Below, piece after piece: positions 36,330 to 45,196 of a stretch of DNA of 54,307 bases. The position numbers were made by a program, and so were the translations under genes. Every line of letters starts with the position of its first letter. The stretch's first letter is position 1. A model generated the notes under the pieces. The model did not search any database. It saw only the letters and a list, made by a program, of their open reading frames with translations, and had not been told where the DNA came from. Source of the DNA: Thermoplasmata archaeon (GTDB taxonomy: Archaea > Thermoplasmatota > Thermoplasmata > GCA-020350865); NCBI GenBank assembly GCA_020348445.1, contig CP070751.1, forward strand, positions 4,137,872 through 4,192,178. Reading direction: 5' to 3'.

Positions 36330-36785
36330 TTAACCGCCGCGCGGGACAATATGGGCCGAGTACTGACCGCCACCACCCATTGGCGTTACAAGTACAAGGT
36401 ATTGTCCCCCTCCTCCTTCAGGAAGTATATGGGCCATGTATCTACCGCTTCTGCCAAGAGGTTTAACCATAGTCCTGTATTGTCCTGCGCCGAGCTCGAA
36501 GATGTACTGTCCTCCTCCTCCAAGATCGAATACATATTGGCTACCACCTCCTAAGATGAAGCGGTATTGCCCACCACCACCTAATCTGATCATGTAATGC
36601 CCTCCACCGCCGAGGTTGAATACGTATTGCCCTCCTCCGCCAAGGTCGAACTCGTACCGACCAGATTCATCCAAGTCAATGACGTTCTCGCTGCTGGTGT
36701 CTGCAGTTGCTAGTCCTGGTAACAGACCCACAAAAAGAACAGCGAGTACGCCGATACAGATTACTTTGGTTCTTTTCATAAGCAC
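36330..36785 (-). CDS. Secreted protein made of about 10 GGGGQY-x-(hydrophobic)-x-L repeats; family not recognised
   Basis: Signal peptide (..LPGLATA); GGAG RBS; repeat array to the C-terminus. Confidence 0.7.
   Translation of the reverse strand: MLMKRTKVICIGVLAVLFVGLLPGLATADTSSENVIDLDESGRYEFDLGGGGQYVFNLGGGGHYMIRLGGGGQYRFILGGGSQYVFDLGGGGQYIFELGAGQYRTMVKPLGRSGRYMAHILPEGGGGQYLVLVTPMGGGGQYSAHIVPRGG
36333..36662 (-). repeat. Degenerate 30-nt (10-aa) tandem repeat, lengthening to 12-13 aa at the 3' end
   Basis: GGGGQYVFNL, GGGGHYMIRL, GGGGQYRFIL, GGGSQYVFDL, GGGGQYIFEL; synonymous codons differ between units. Confidence 0.85.
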
Positions 36786-36890
36786 TCCCTCCTTATTTCA
36801 TATAAAGTTCGATGTTGTACTTAAAATTTGTTACGATTACACCCAAATATAAATATTTAATATAAGATTCGAGACAAAATATCTAAATCA

Positions 36891-37976
36891 GTGATATGCA
36901 TTAAGCTCTGCGTGGCCAAACAATTTGAATGTCAGAGTTGCGGTGCGTATTTGGAATTCGATCCCAAGACCCAGGCATTAAAATGTGACTTTTGCGGATC
37001 AGTTAAGGTGATCGAAGTCGAGCATAAGGCAGTGATAGAACACGACTTTTTTTCTGCCCCAACAAATTTGGGATGGGATGCGCAAGTGACCACTATCCAG
37101 TGCGACTCCTGCGGCGCCACAACCTCCATGGGGAAAAAGATTTCAGGTGATTGCTCCTTCTGCGGCTCGGCATATGTAAAAGAGATTTCGCCTCATCCAG
37201 ACATCATCCGCCCCGAGACCTTAGTTCCCTTCAGGGTGGATAAAAACGGTGCTTTGGACAGGTATCATACGTGGATAGGCAAGGGATTTTTCAGGCCCTC
37301 GAACCTAAAAAAACTCAAGAAACTGGAGATGTTAAAGGGGGTCTACGTTCCATTTTGGACCTATGACAGCAGTACCTATTCAACTTGGACGGCCCAAAGC
37401 GGCTACTACTATTATGAAACTGAAACGTACAGCACATACGAGAATGGAAGGCGGGTTACCAAAACCAGACAGGTGAGAAAGACACGATGGGTTCCCTCAT
37501 CAGGCGCCAGAGGCGATTTTTACAATGACGAGCTTATCGTGGCCTCACGGGGTTTGGATTATCATCTCGTGTTCAAGATATATCCATTTCATTTGAACCA
37601 GCTTGTTCCCTATAAATCCGAGTTTTTAAGCGGCTGGCTTGCAGAGGAGTACGCATTAGATGTCCGCCAGGGCTGGGAAATCGCCAAGGACAATATCATG
37701 GCAGCCGAGCGGTCAAAATGTGCAAGCGAGGTTCCGGGAGATACCTATCGTTTTCTGCGGGTCAACACGTCGTTTTCTGGAATAACCTATAAACATATTC
37801 TCTTGCCAATCTGGGTTGCCTCGTACCATTATAAAAACAAGACCTATCATTTCCTAGTAAATGGACAGACAGGCGAGGTGCAGGGATATGCCCCAATTTC
37901 TTGGCTTAAGGTAGGCGCTGTTGCAGGAATAATTGCTGGTATCGTGGCTGGATTTTTGTATTTCTTTGTATTGTGA
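36891..37976 (+). CDS. Double Zn-ribbon protein with C-terminal TM (family often found beside SPFH genes)
   Basis: CQSCGA..CDFCG, CDSCGA..CSFCG, PE..VPF, YVPFW, LLPIW..Y, VNGQTGEV.G..P. Confidence 0.75.
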   Translation: MICIKLCVAKQFECQSCGAYLEFDPKTQALKCDFCGSVKVIEVEHKAVIEHDFFSAPTNLGWDAQVTTIQCDSCGATTSMGKKISGDCSFCGSAYVKEISPHPDIIRPETLVPFRVDKNGALDRYHTWIGKGFFRPSNLKKLKKLEMLKGVYVPFWTYDSSTYSTWTAQSGYYYYETETYSTYENGRRVTKTRQVRKTRWVPSSGARGDFYNDELIVASRGLDYHLVFKIYPFHLNQLVPYKSEFLSGWLAEEYALDVRQGWEIAKDNIMAAERSKCASEVPGDTYRFLRVNTSFSGITYKHILLPIWVASYHYKNKTYHFLVNGQTGEVQGYAPISWLKVGAVAGIIAGIVAGFLYFFVL

Positions 37977-38024
37977 TAATATAATACTTTAATTTATCAT
38001 TTCCAGTTTTCTCAAGCTCAATTA

Positions 38025-38309
38025 TCAAGGTACGTTGCCCTTTTGATATTTTTTTCTCAGCTCATCATCTATCATCTTCGACACCATTTTTCTGGAAATC
38101 AAAATGCACTCAACTTGCTTCAATTCGGCAATGTCAGCGAATTTTTCATCCTGGGTAACGATGACCAGGGAGTTTTTATGGGCAAATTCCAATATCTTGT
38201 TGTCCTCTGCACCTTGAAGATCGACAGTATTGACAGTTTCAATATCCCAGCCCAGAGCCTCAAGATAGTCTTTCATGCCTGTGAACATCTCGTCAAGAAG
38301 TATTTTCAT
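38025..38309 (-). CDS. DUF5615/Mut7-C-type PIN-like protein
   Basis: MKILLDEM, GWD..TV, AED..IL..A, IVTQD..F. Confidence 0.75.
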   Translation of the reverse strand: MKILLDEMFTGMKDYLEALGWDIETVNTVDLQGAEDNKILEFAHKNSLVIVTQDEKFADIAELKQVECILISRKMVSKMIDDELRKKYQKGNVP

Positions 38310-38482
38310 GGTCGATTTCCCCTTTATTATCTATTTGACTGTCTAATGAGAATCGGTGATGTACGGTTGTATTCTTATATAAGTTTGTATCAAATGTATC
38401 AAAATAAAACTTTGATCCTTCCAAGCGCTGAGAGAGGAGCACCACCGCAAATGAATTATACCCTCCATTATATCCCAAAATT

Positions 38483-38953
38483 ATGAAATTCGTGCTTGAT
38501 ACCTCCGCTATTCTCTCAGGCAAGGACTTCTCCTCAGAATACGAGCTTTACTCCTCCCCGGGGATCTTAAAGGAGATTGAACATGGGAGAATGAGAAGGA
38601 GACTGGATTATCTATTGGAGTCTGGTCTAAAGGTAATGTCCCCTTCAAAAGAAACCCTCAAAACCGTGAGAGAGTGCGCGCAGGATACAGGAGACATAGC
38701 AAGGATATCGGAGGCTGACATCGAGATTCTAAGCCTTGCAAAGGAACTTGATGCCGTACTTGTTACGGACGATTATTCTATACAGAATCTAGCTTCAAAA
38801 CTTCACGTCAAATATCAAGGCGCTGCCCAGGAAGGCATCACGAGGATCATCGAATGGAGCTATCGTTGCAGAGGTTGCGGTAGGTATTGGGAAGACTTCC
38901 ATGATTCCTGCCCTGTATGCGGCTCTGAATTGAAGACGACGAGGAAGAATTGA
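38483..38953 (+). CDS. nob1: NOB1 family rRNA endonuclease (PIN plus Zn ribbon)
   Basis: VLDTSA, SEADIEIL.LA, TDDYSIQNLA, CRGCG...CPVCGS. Confidence 0.9.
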   Translation: MKFVLDTSAILSGKDFSSEYELYSSPGILKEIEHGRMRRRLDYLLESGLKVMSPSKETLKTVRECAQDTGDIARISEADIEILSLAKELDAVLVTDDYSIQNLASKLHVKYQGAAQEGITRIIEWSYRCRGCGRYWEDFHDSCPVCGSELKTTRKN

Positions 38954-39015
38954 TCTTTTTATAGGAAAAAGATTTTAACTAATATTGTATGACATGCCTT
39001 TAAGGAGGTACCAAT

Positions 39016-39396
39016 ATGGCAAAGATAGTATTTCAAAGCAAGACACTGCCTTCCACGAAAGCACCGTACTCCCAGGCGATAATACATGAAAACCTATTAT
39101 TCATCTCGGGGCAGATCGCGTTCGACCCAGAAAAAAGTGGCGTGATTACGGGCACCTTAGAGGAGGAGACAAAGCTTACCATGGATAACATCAAAAGGAT
39201 CCTGGAGGAGGCTGGCTCATCACTTGACAAGGTACTTAAGGTCACGGTGTATCTGACCGACATGAAGAAGTTCCATAAGTTCAATTCGATATACAAACAG
39301 TACTTTACGGAGGAGCCCCCGGCACGAAGCTGCGTGGAGGTTAAATGTCTGCCCTTCGATGCCAAGGTGGAGATAGAGGCAATAGCACATCTTTAG
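39016..39396 (+). CDS. ridA: RidA/YjgF/UK114 family enamine deaminase
   Basis: PYSQA, SGQI, VLKVTVYLTDM, N..Y..YF...PPARSCVEV..LP...KVEIEAIA. Confidence 0.9.
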   Translation: MAKIVFQSKTLPSTKAPYSQAIIHENLLFISGQIAFDPEKSGVITGTLEEETKLTMDNIKRILEEAGSSLDKVLKVTVYLTDMKKFHKFNSIYKQYFTEEPPARSCVEVKCLPFDAKVEIEAIAHL

Positions 39397-39407
39397 GGGT
39401 TCAGGGA

Positions 39408-39889
39408 ATGGGTGAAGAAGAATCCATAAATATCGTGCCTATAGGATTCGTGAAAAATGCATTCGATTCCGAGGTTCCCCAGGATTACGAGAACCAACTA
39501 TCTGATATAGTGATTGATGAAAAATTCTCCGAGGGGCTGCATAAAATTGAAGAGAACTCCCATATCTTGGTAGTTTTTTGGATGGACAGGGTAGAGGGTG
39601 AAAACCGAAGGATAATGAAGATGCACCCAAAGGGAAGGGAGGACCTACCTCTTTTAGGAGTTTTTGCAACAAGAAGCCCGAGAAGGCCAAATCCCATTGG
39701 AATCAGGGCCGTGAAGCTGGTTGAAAAGGAAAAAACATATTGAAGGTGGAAGGCCTGGACGCTCTTTCTGGAACTCCTGTTTTAGATATCAAACCTTATT
39801 CATCAAAGCATGATTATATCGAGGATGCAAAGGCACCATGGTGGGTTAAACATCTGCACGATAAAAAGGAACGAGATGTGGATGAGTAA
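39408..39889 (+). pseudogene. trmO: tRNA m6t6A37 methyltransferase TrmO/TsaA, split by a frameshift at an A6 run (39730-39735)
   Basis: PIG, GVFATRSPRRPNPIG in the first frame (stop 39741-39743); NILKVEGLDALSGTPVLDIKPY...APWWV continues in the -1 frame to TAA 39887-39889. Confidence 0.85.
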
Positions 39890-40208
39890 GAATTGGTTAA
39901 GAGAGGATGAATACATAGTTTTGGAAGGAAAGGTTTGGGTATGGATAAAAGGCCCTTTAGGACCTAATCTCACAAAGTCCAGGTTGTTCCTCACAAATTA
40001 CAGACTCTACGGAAAGGATGCGTTATTTAGGATCAAACTGTTCGATTTTCCACTGGATTCTATCACCAAAATCGAAAGCACCAAAAAATATCTTCGTATA
40101 GAAGCTGAAGTGAAGGGAAGAAAGCATAAAATCGACCTTTCGCAGAAGAACTTGGACGGTTCATGGGAATGGATGATAAAAGAAAGGATCAAGGCATTTG
40201 ACAGATAA
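39882..40208 (+). CDS. Small PH/GRAM-like domain protein
   Basis: LREDE.I..EG...SRLFLTNYRL......FPLDSI.KIE; ATG overlaps the trmO stop. Confidence 0.6.
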   Translation: MSKNWLREDEYIVLEGKVWVWIKGPLGPNLTKSRLFLTNYRLYGKDALFRIKLFDFPLDSITKIESTKKYLRIEAEVKGRKHKIDLSQKNLDGSWEWMIKERIKAFDR

Positions 40209-40258
40209 ATAAAAAAAATACTAAAATGTAAAAATCCTACCGAAAAGAATGTCCCATT

Positions 40259-41014
40259 TCAGGACTCGATAATTCCAATTACCAAGGCGTTTGCGCAGTG
40301 AAAGGGATCCCCAAACTTTGAATTGGAAACCTCGTCCCAGGTCGTCTCCTTCCATCTGTTTTCACTGGAAATTCGCTTTAAGAAATATCGTTTTGTAAAT
40401 GGTATTTTATCCTTTGCAAGCAATCTGTCCATTTCAGTATTAACGCCCAGGGGCAGGGTGACCACCATCTTTCCCTTGGGAGCAAGGCATTCTTTTAGGT
40501 TATCCACAGCTCTTAGGATCTTTTTCGGCTCTTTTGGTGTTTCATCCCACCCCACATGCTCCAATGTTGATATGCTGACTATAAGGTCGTACTTCTCAGA
40601 TGGATTAAAATCGACTACATCCTCATTTATAACGCCCTCTGCCTTTTCATACTTATCCACAACATCATGATCAACAGGAAAATAATGCCAGAGAACGTTG
40701 CCAACTTCGAGGATTCTCTTATCTTTATATTGTTTTACCAGCTCCCAGATAATGGGTATCTCAACAGCTCTTTCAGTTATACATGCAAAGTTCCTCTCAG
40801 ACCAGAAATAATCATATTTCCTTCCTTGGAACTCAAACTTTTCTTTTGGCTTGAACTTCTTAAAATGATAGAGGCACATAAGGCGGTTTTCTATGGAGAC
40901 GATCCTATCAGATTTAGCACTCACAAAATCATAGATCCCCATTTTCATGAAGACCTCTTTACTAAGCAATAGAAGTCCATTCAAACTGAGAATTTTTTTT
41001 TGTGTCATTCTCAT
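40259..41014 (-). CDS. SAM-dependent methyltransferase-like protein, glycan-cluster type
   Basis: ERAVEIP, ILEVGN, YDLIVSISTLEHVG, LAPKG; start uncertain. Confidence 0.7.
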   Translation of the reverse strand: MRMTQKKILSLNGLLLLSKEVFMKMGIYDFVSAKSDRIVSIENRLMCLYHFKKFKPKEKFEFQGRKYDYFWSERNFACITERAVEIPIIWELVKQYKDKRILEVGNVLWHYFPVDHDVVDKYEKAEGVINEDVVDFNPSEKYDLIVSISTLEHVGWDETPKEPKKILRAVDNLKECLAPKGKMVVTLPLGVNTEMDRLLAKDKIPFTKRYFLKRISSENRWKETTWDEVSNSKFGDPFHCANALVIGIIES

Positions 41015-41069
41015 ACCACATAATATAGTCCAAGGTGATAATCAAGATTACTTTTACATTCTTCCCGCC

Positions 41070-41372
41070 TCAGTCCTCGATTCTCTCCATCTCGAATACA
41101 ACCCTGCCGCCATCTGTGTAGGGCTCGCCCGGATCCGGGCAATGTATGTAGGCTTTATTTCCCTTCTTTGTAAGGCCCAACTTCTCTGGATCCGCACCAT
41201 CTCTTAAGGCAGCAGCATAGTGGAGGATCGGAGCCAGAGCATGAATACATATCTTATCAGTTTTTTCTAGATCTATCTGGGGACCGTCTATGATTATCCT
41301 GTCTCCCAAGGAGTGCACGACGCAATTTCCCGTAATTTCTTTAACTTGTACTACAAGTTTGGCCATCCTCAC
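41070..41372 (-). CDS. TIGR04076 family protein
   Basis: VKEI.GNC..H..GD.I, IC.HA, CPDPG....G.V.FE. Confidence 0.8.
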   Translation of the reverse strand: MRMAKLVVQVKEITGNCVVHSLGDRIIIDGPQIDLEKTDKICIHALAPILHYAAALRDGADPEKLGLTKKGNKAYIHCPDPGEPYTDGGRVVFEMERIED

Positions 41373-41791
41373 TCCCCCACCATCTGTACTATCAATCTTC
41401 TTCGCCTTGCGCTGTTATCCAACTCCAAAAACACAATCTGCTGCCATGTACCCAAAATCAGGTTCTTATCCTTAAAAGGAACTGTTAGGCTCGGTCCGAG
41501 AAACGAGGCCCTGACATGGGAATGCCCGTTGCCGTCATGCCATCTGAGCTGATGTTGATATGTTATGTCCCTTGGAAAGAGTCTGTCAAGGGCATCAGGG
41601 AGATCTTGTAGTAAACCAGGCTCGTATTCTACGGTTGTTACAGCTCCTGTTGCTCCGGGCACGAAAACGCAGGCTATTCCCGAATTGAGACGAGACTTTT
41701 CTAGAACCTGCTGGACATAACCTGTGATATCCACGATATCTCCTTCACGTTTTGTATTGAAATTTATCTCTTGGGTTACAGTTGCCATCAT
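41369..41791 (-). CDS. yjbQ: YjbQ/UPF0047 family protein
   Basis: DIT, VPGATGAVT..EYEP, H......NGHSH.RAS.LG, LGTWQQI.F.ELD; start set at ATG 41791. Confidence 0.88.
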   Translation of the reverse strand: MMATVTQEINFNTKREGDIVDITGYVQQVLEKSRLNSGIACVFVPGATGAVTTVEYEPGLLQDLPDALDRLFPRDITYQHQLRWHDGNGHSHVRASFLGPSLTVPFKDKNLILGTWQQIVFLELDNSARRRRLIVQMVGE

Positions 41792-42199
41792 CACACCATC
41801 CCAAAGTGTCCTTATACCAAATTTCCCCAAATGAGCGTAATTTCGAGAGGTAGTATTAAGTTTTATGCTAGAAATCATGCAAATGCAGATATAAGTTGTC
41901 AAGGGCAAATATCCATACCCAATTTTAAGGCTTTCAGCAAAAACTTTTTAATAGCGTAAAACAATATTCCTATTGCTGTGAGTATACCTCCTAGTGGGGC
42001 GGTGGAACTCACAGTAAGGTGCGGTTTTAGCCCACTCCGCTTCCTTGTTCATTTCCACCACCCCACACATTATTCTTATCAGGGCTATTAATCTGATTTT
42101 TATACTCATGATAATCGGTGATATTTTTGGGTTTTCAAAACAAATAAGAAAATCAAATTCACAAAATGGTCTTCGCTTCCCCTTCCCTATAAAAAGGAG

Positions 42200-42721
42200 C
42201 TACTTTACTGCCTCCATTGTGACATGGAGCCCCACCACCACTTCCTTTATTATGAACCTGAGCCTGTTTTTAATGAATTTTGGCATCCATTTGAATTTAG
42301 GATGATATTGCATATCCATTTTCTTGATATTGAACCTGGCCGTGGTTATGAAGCTGAAATCCGCCTTTCCAGTGAAGAAATCGAAGGTGTACTCTGTGAA
42401 CATGTGCTTATGCGTGGGATCAGATGCAAAGCCAAAGCCGTCCCAGTACGGCACAGTTAAATCCAAGATGGCGTTGGGCTTCATTATCCTGTGTATTTCC
42501 TCCATTGCCTTGACAACATCGTCGAGATGCTCCAGGATGGAGTAGGCCAAAACCTCGTCAAAGGTGTTGTCGGGAAACGGATACGGGAATTGGTTTAGAT
42601 CCCATACCACATCTGGATTTACAGCCTCGCATGAATCCAAATTGATATATCCCTCTCTTTTGGCCCTGCCGCAGCCAAGATGTATTTTCTTTTTCTCTCC
42701 TTTTGCATCCAATTGACCCAC
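42200..42721 (-). CDS. Class I SAM-dependent methyltransferase (glycan cluster)
   Basis: IHLGCG, GYINLD, DL..FPYPF.DN.FD, ILEHL, E..RI.KP, DPTH. Confidence 0.8.
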   Translation of the reverse strand: MGQLDAKGEKKKIHLGCGRAKREGYINLDSCEAVNPDVVWDLNQFPYPFPDNTFDEVLAYSILEHLDDVVKAMEEIHRIMKPNAILDLTVPYWDGFGFASDPTHKHMFTEYTFDFFTGKADFSFITTARFNIKKMDMQYHPKFKWMPKFIKNRLRFIIKEVVVGLHVTMEAVK

Positions 42722-42723
42722 CG

Positions 42724-43743
42724 CTATTTGATTTCTTCACGCCAATAATCCAACATGCTGCCCAGTGTTTCTTTCATTTCCATTTTGGGAACCCAACCGC
42801 ATGTTTCTCTTATTTTGGTGTTGTCCCCCATGATAATGGGCTCGTCCGTGGGTCTCAGCTTGTTGGGATCAACATTGAACTCCACATCTACTCTGGAGAG
42901 CGATATTGCCCAATCCAGAATATCCTTTATCCTGTATGCTCTGGATGAGCATATATTGTAGACATCACCCATCTTACCTTTTTCTGTAAGAAGCCAGAGG
43001 GCATTGACCACATCAGTAACATCTGTGATATCCCTTTTTGGCTCGAGGTTTCCTACGAGCATCTCATTTGTCTTACCCTTTTCAATTTCAACTATTCGAT
43101 TCGTGAAATCAGAGCAGACATCCTTGGTCTTTCTGGGTCCAGTGGTGTTGAAGATCCTAGCCCTTACTGTCCTGATTGCGAAGTTCTGGTGATATTGATA
43201 GGCTAGAAGATCCTGCGCCACCTTGCTAACGCCGTAGGGATGCAATGGCAGAAGAACGTGATCTTCTTTTACAGGCACCTCTTTTTCGGAAACGAAACCG
43301 TACTCAGCGCTGGAGCAGGCAACGAGGACTATTGGGTCAAGGCCGCTTTTTCTTATTGCCTCGAACACATATGCAGTGCCAAGAACGTTCGTGTCCAGTG
43401 TTCTTTTTGGCTCGTCCCATGATACAGTGGGAAAGCTCTGGGCTGCAAGGTGGAATATACGATCGGGTTGTACCTCTTTGATTATCTCTGTGACTCGATT
43501 TTCGTCTCTGATATCGCATTCGAGTATCGGTATCTTATCCTTTACAGCTTCCACATTTTTCAGCTCGTTTTTATCCCAAACAGTGCCTGCGACTTCCATT
43601 CCCTTGTCTAATAGGAACTCTGCAAGATGGCTTCCAATAAACCCTGTCATACCAGTTACTAAAGCCTTTATCTCATCACTCTCCAAGTCAGTGAAATTGT
43701 TATTTGTATTTATTATTTTGGTAATGGGGATAGAGGGTGTCAA
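42724..43743 (-). CDS. GDP-sugar SDR, Rmd/Gmd-like (GDP-4-keto-6-deoxy-sugar reductase or dehydratase)
   Basis: GMTGFIGSHL, HLAAQS, SSAEYG, PYGVSK, FN.TGP, GNL...RD.TDV; true start probably near 43686. Confidence 0.85.
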   Translation of the reverse strand: MTPSIPITKIINTNNNFTDLESDEIKALVTGMTGFIGSHLAEFLLDKGMEVAGTVWDKNELKNVEAVKDKIPILECDIRDENRVTEIIKEVQPDRIFHLAAQSFPTVSWDEPKRTLDTNVLGTAYVFEAIRKSGLDPIVLVACSSAEYGFVSEKEVPVKEDHVLLPLHPYGVSKVAQDLLAYQYHQNFAIRTVRARIFNTTGPRKTKDVCSDFTNRIVEIEKGKTNEMLVGNLEPKRDITDVTDVVNALWLLTEKGKMGDVYNICSSRAYRIKDILDWAISLSRVDVEFNVDPNKLRPTDEPIIMGDNTKIRETCGWVPKMEMKETLGSMLDYWREEIK

Positions 43744-43820
43744 TCAGATGCTCTTCCTTTCTCTTGAATGTCTTCCGCCCTATCGCACTCTTTCATTCCA
43801 AATTTTACTTTCCTCCTCCT

Positions 43821-43945
43821 TCCCTCCTCCTTCCTCCCTCCACTCCCCACCATCCACCATATCCTCCTCCTCCCACCCTATTAACCATTATTGAGGATAA
43901 GATTTAATCTAAAGGCCCTCCCTCCAATACCCCCTCCACCCACCC
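43821..43945 (-). other. Intergenic purine-rich (minus strand) tract including a canonical G-quadruplex motif
   Basis: Plus strand CCC-T-CCC-N7-CCCCC-N4-CCC-A-CCC at 43916-43945, plus (TCC)n runs at 43821-43878. Confidence 0.5.
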
Positions 43946-44042
43946 AATAATTTGAGTGGAAGATGATAATTACAAAAATAATACAAACTCAAACAGTACA
44001 TATAAAATAGGATATAGCATTAAGAAAATATCAGCCAGTCTT

Positions 44043-45182
44043 TTATTTTTTCTTGAAGTTCTGAACTGCGGAAAGATACAGACTTTCGATTCTGTCAATC
44101 ACACTCTTCCATCTGCTTTTTGTATCCGCTATCTCAAATCCCCTCTCCCCCATCGCCCTAGCCTTACCGGGATTTTCCAAAAGGAATCTAATGTGGGCAG
44201 TCAGAGCATCTATGTCACCGTATTCATACAAAAGCCCTGTTTCACCATCAGCAACAACATAAGGCACTCCCCCCACCCTGGTTCCCACAACTGGCTTTTT
44301 TTGCGCCCAGGCTTCAATAAAGACAATGCCCTGTGCCTCGAACTTGCTGGGCAAAACAAAGAACTCGCAACCAGAAAGAAGCTCGTATTTTTCCTTCTCA
44401 GTGACTTTACCTGCATACACGATCCTATCCTTGAGGCCCAGCTTCCTTGCCAGAGCCTTGACTTTTTCAACCTCGCCCTGATCAGGACCTATGAAAATCA
44501 CACCAAGGTCTTTATGATCATCATGCAGTTTCGATAATGCCTGGACTAGATGCAAGGGGGCCTTCTCGTGGTACATCCTTCCGATAAAAAGGAGGTACCT
44601 TTTTTGCCGGAACTTCTGTTTTGGAAGATCGGAATCGTACTTCTGAAATGCCAAATCAGAAATGCCGTTGGGGATGATTTCAATTTTTTTGGTATCTATG
44701 CCTTTTTTTTGGCACCAGTCTTTCTCAAGCTGCGTCATTGCTATGAGCCTGTCTACCCTCTTAAGGGTCTTGATGCCGAAGAAAGAATCATAGAATTTCT
44801 TCTGAAATGCAGCAAACCCGGAAAGTGGAAGAACCACACCCTGGATGTATATAACCAAGGGGAATTCTTTGGAATATCTCTTTCTTATATAGTCGTTTGT
44901 GAGATTTGGATATCCCTCCATTGCTATGATATCCCCTTCTCTGATTTCAGGCTTGAATTTGGTTAGGTAGAAGCTCCTTTTTATGGTGGGTTTGTACCTT
45001 TTGATTTGAATATCACCCAATTTACCGGTTTTTGGAAGCTCCTTGTTTGTTACAGTATGCGAACTTGTATGCACAACAACCTCATGTCCCCTTTTTATGA
45101 GCCTGTTTGATATCTGCTCAACATGTGTCTCCACACCCCCTGTCTCGGGGTAGAAATGCGGGGCAACCCAGTTGATCTTCAT
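44043..45182 (-). CDS. Glycosyltransferase family 4
   Basis: GGVETHV, IIPNGI, FIGR..HEK, PSKFEAQG..F.EA. Confidence 0.92.
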   Translation of the reverse strand: MKINWVAPHFYPETGGVETHVEQISNRLIKRGHEVVVHTSSHTVTNKELPKTGKLGDIQIKRYKPTIKRSFYLTKFKPEIREGDIIAMEGYPNLTNDYIRKRYSKEFPLVIYIQGVVLPLSGFAAFQKKFYDSFFGIKTLKRVDRLIAMTQLEKDWCQKKGIDTKKIEIIPNGISDLAFQKYDSDLPKQKFRQKRYLLFIGRMYHEKAPLHLVQALSKLHDDHKDLGVIFIGPDQGEVEKVKALARKLGLKDRIVYAGKVTEKEKYELLSGCEFFVLPSKFEAQGIVFIEAWAQKKPVVGTRVGGVPYVVADGETGLLYEYGDIDALTAHIRFLLENPGKARAMGERGFEIADTKSRWKSVIDRIESLYLSAVQNFKKK

Positions 45183-45196
45183 TTGTATTCTCCTTT

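Noticed and set aside
36330-36345. C-terminal RGG of the repeat protein as a ubiquitin-like conjugation tail
   Set aside because: The GG is simply the start of another GGGG repeat unit; the protein has a signal peptide and no beta-grasp pattern
30415-36662. Tandem repeats as CRISPR arrays
   Set aside because: Both repeats (30415-30546, 36333-36662) are in-frame coding repeats without unique spacers; no cas genes in the window
39728-39743. Programmed -1 ribosomal frameshift in trmO
   Set aside because: In-frame context is G GAA AAA, not a canonical X XXY YYZ heptamer, and I saw no clear stimulatory structure; an indel is simpler
41985-42060. GC-richer intergenic patch as tRNA, SRP or RNase P RNA
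   Set aside because: No cloverleaf or TTCGA T-loop, no SRP GGAA/AGCA loop and no RNase P GAGGAAAGUCC signature
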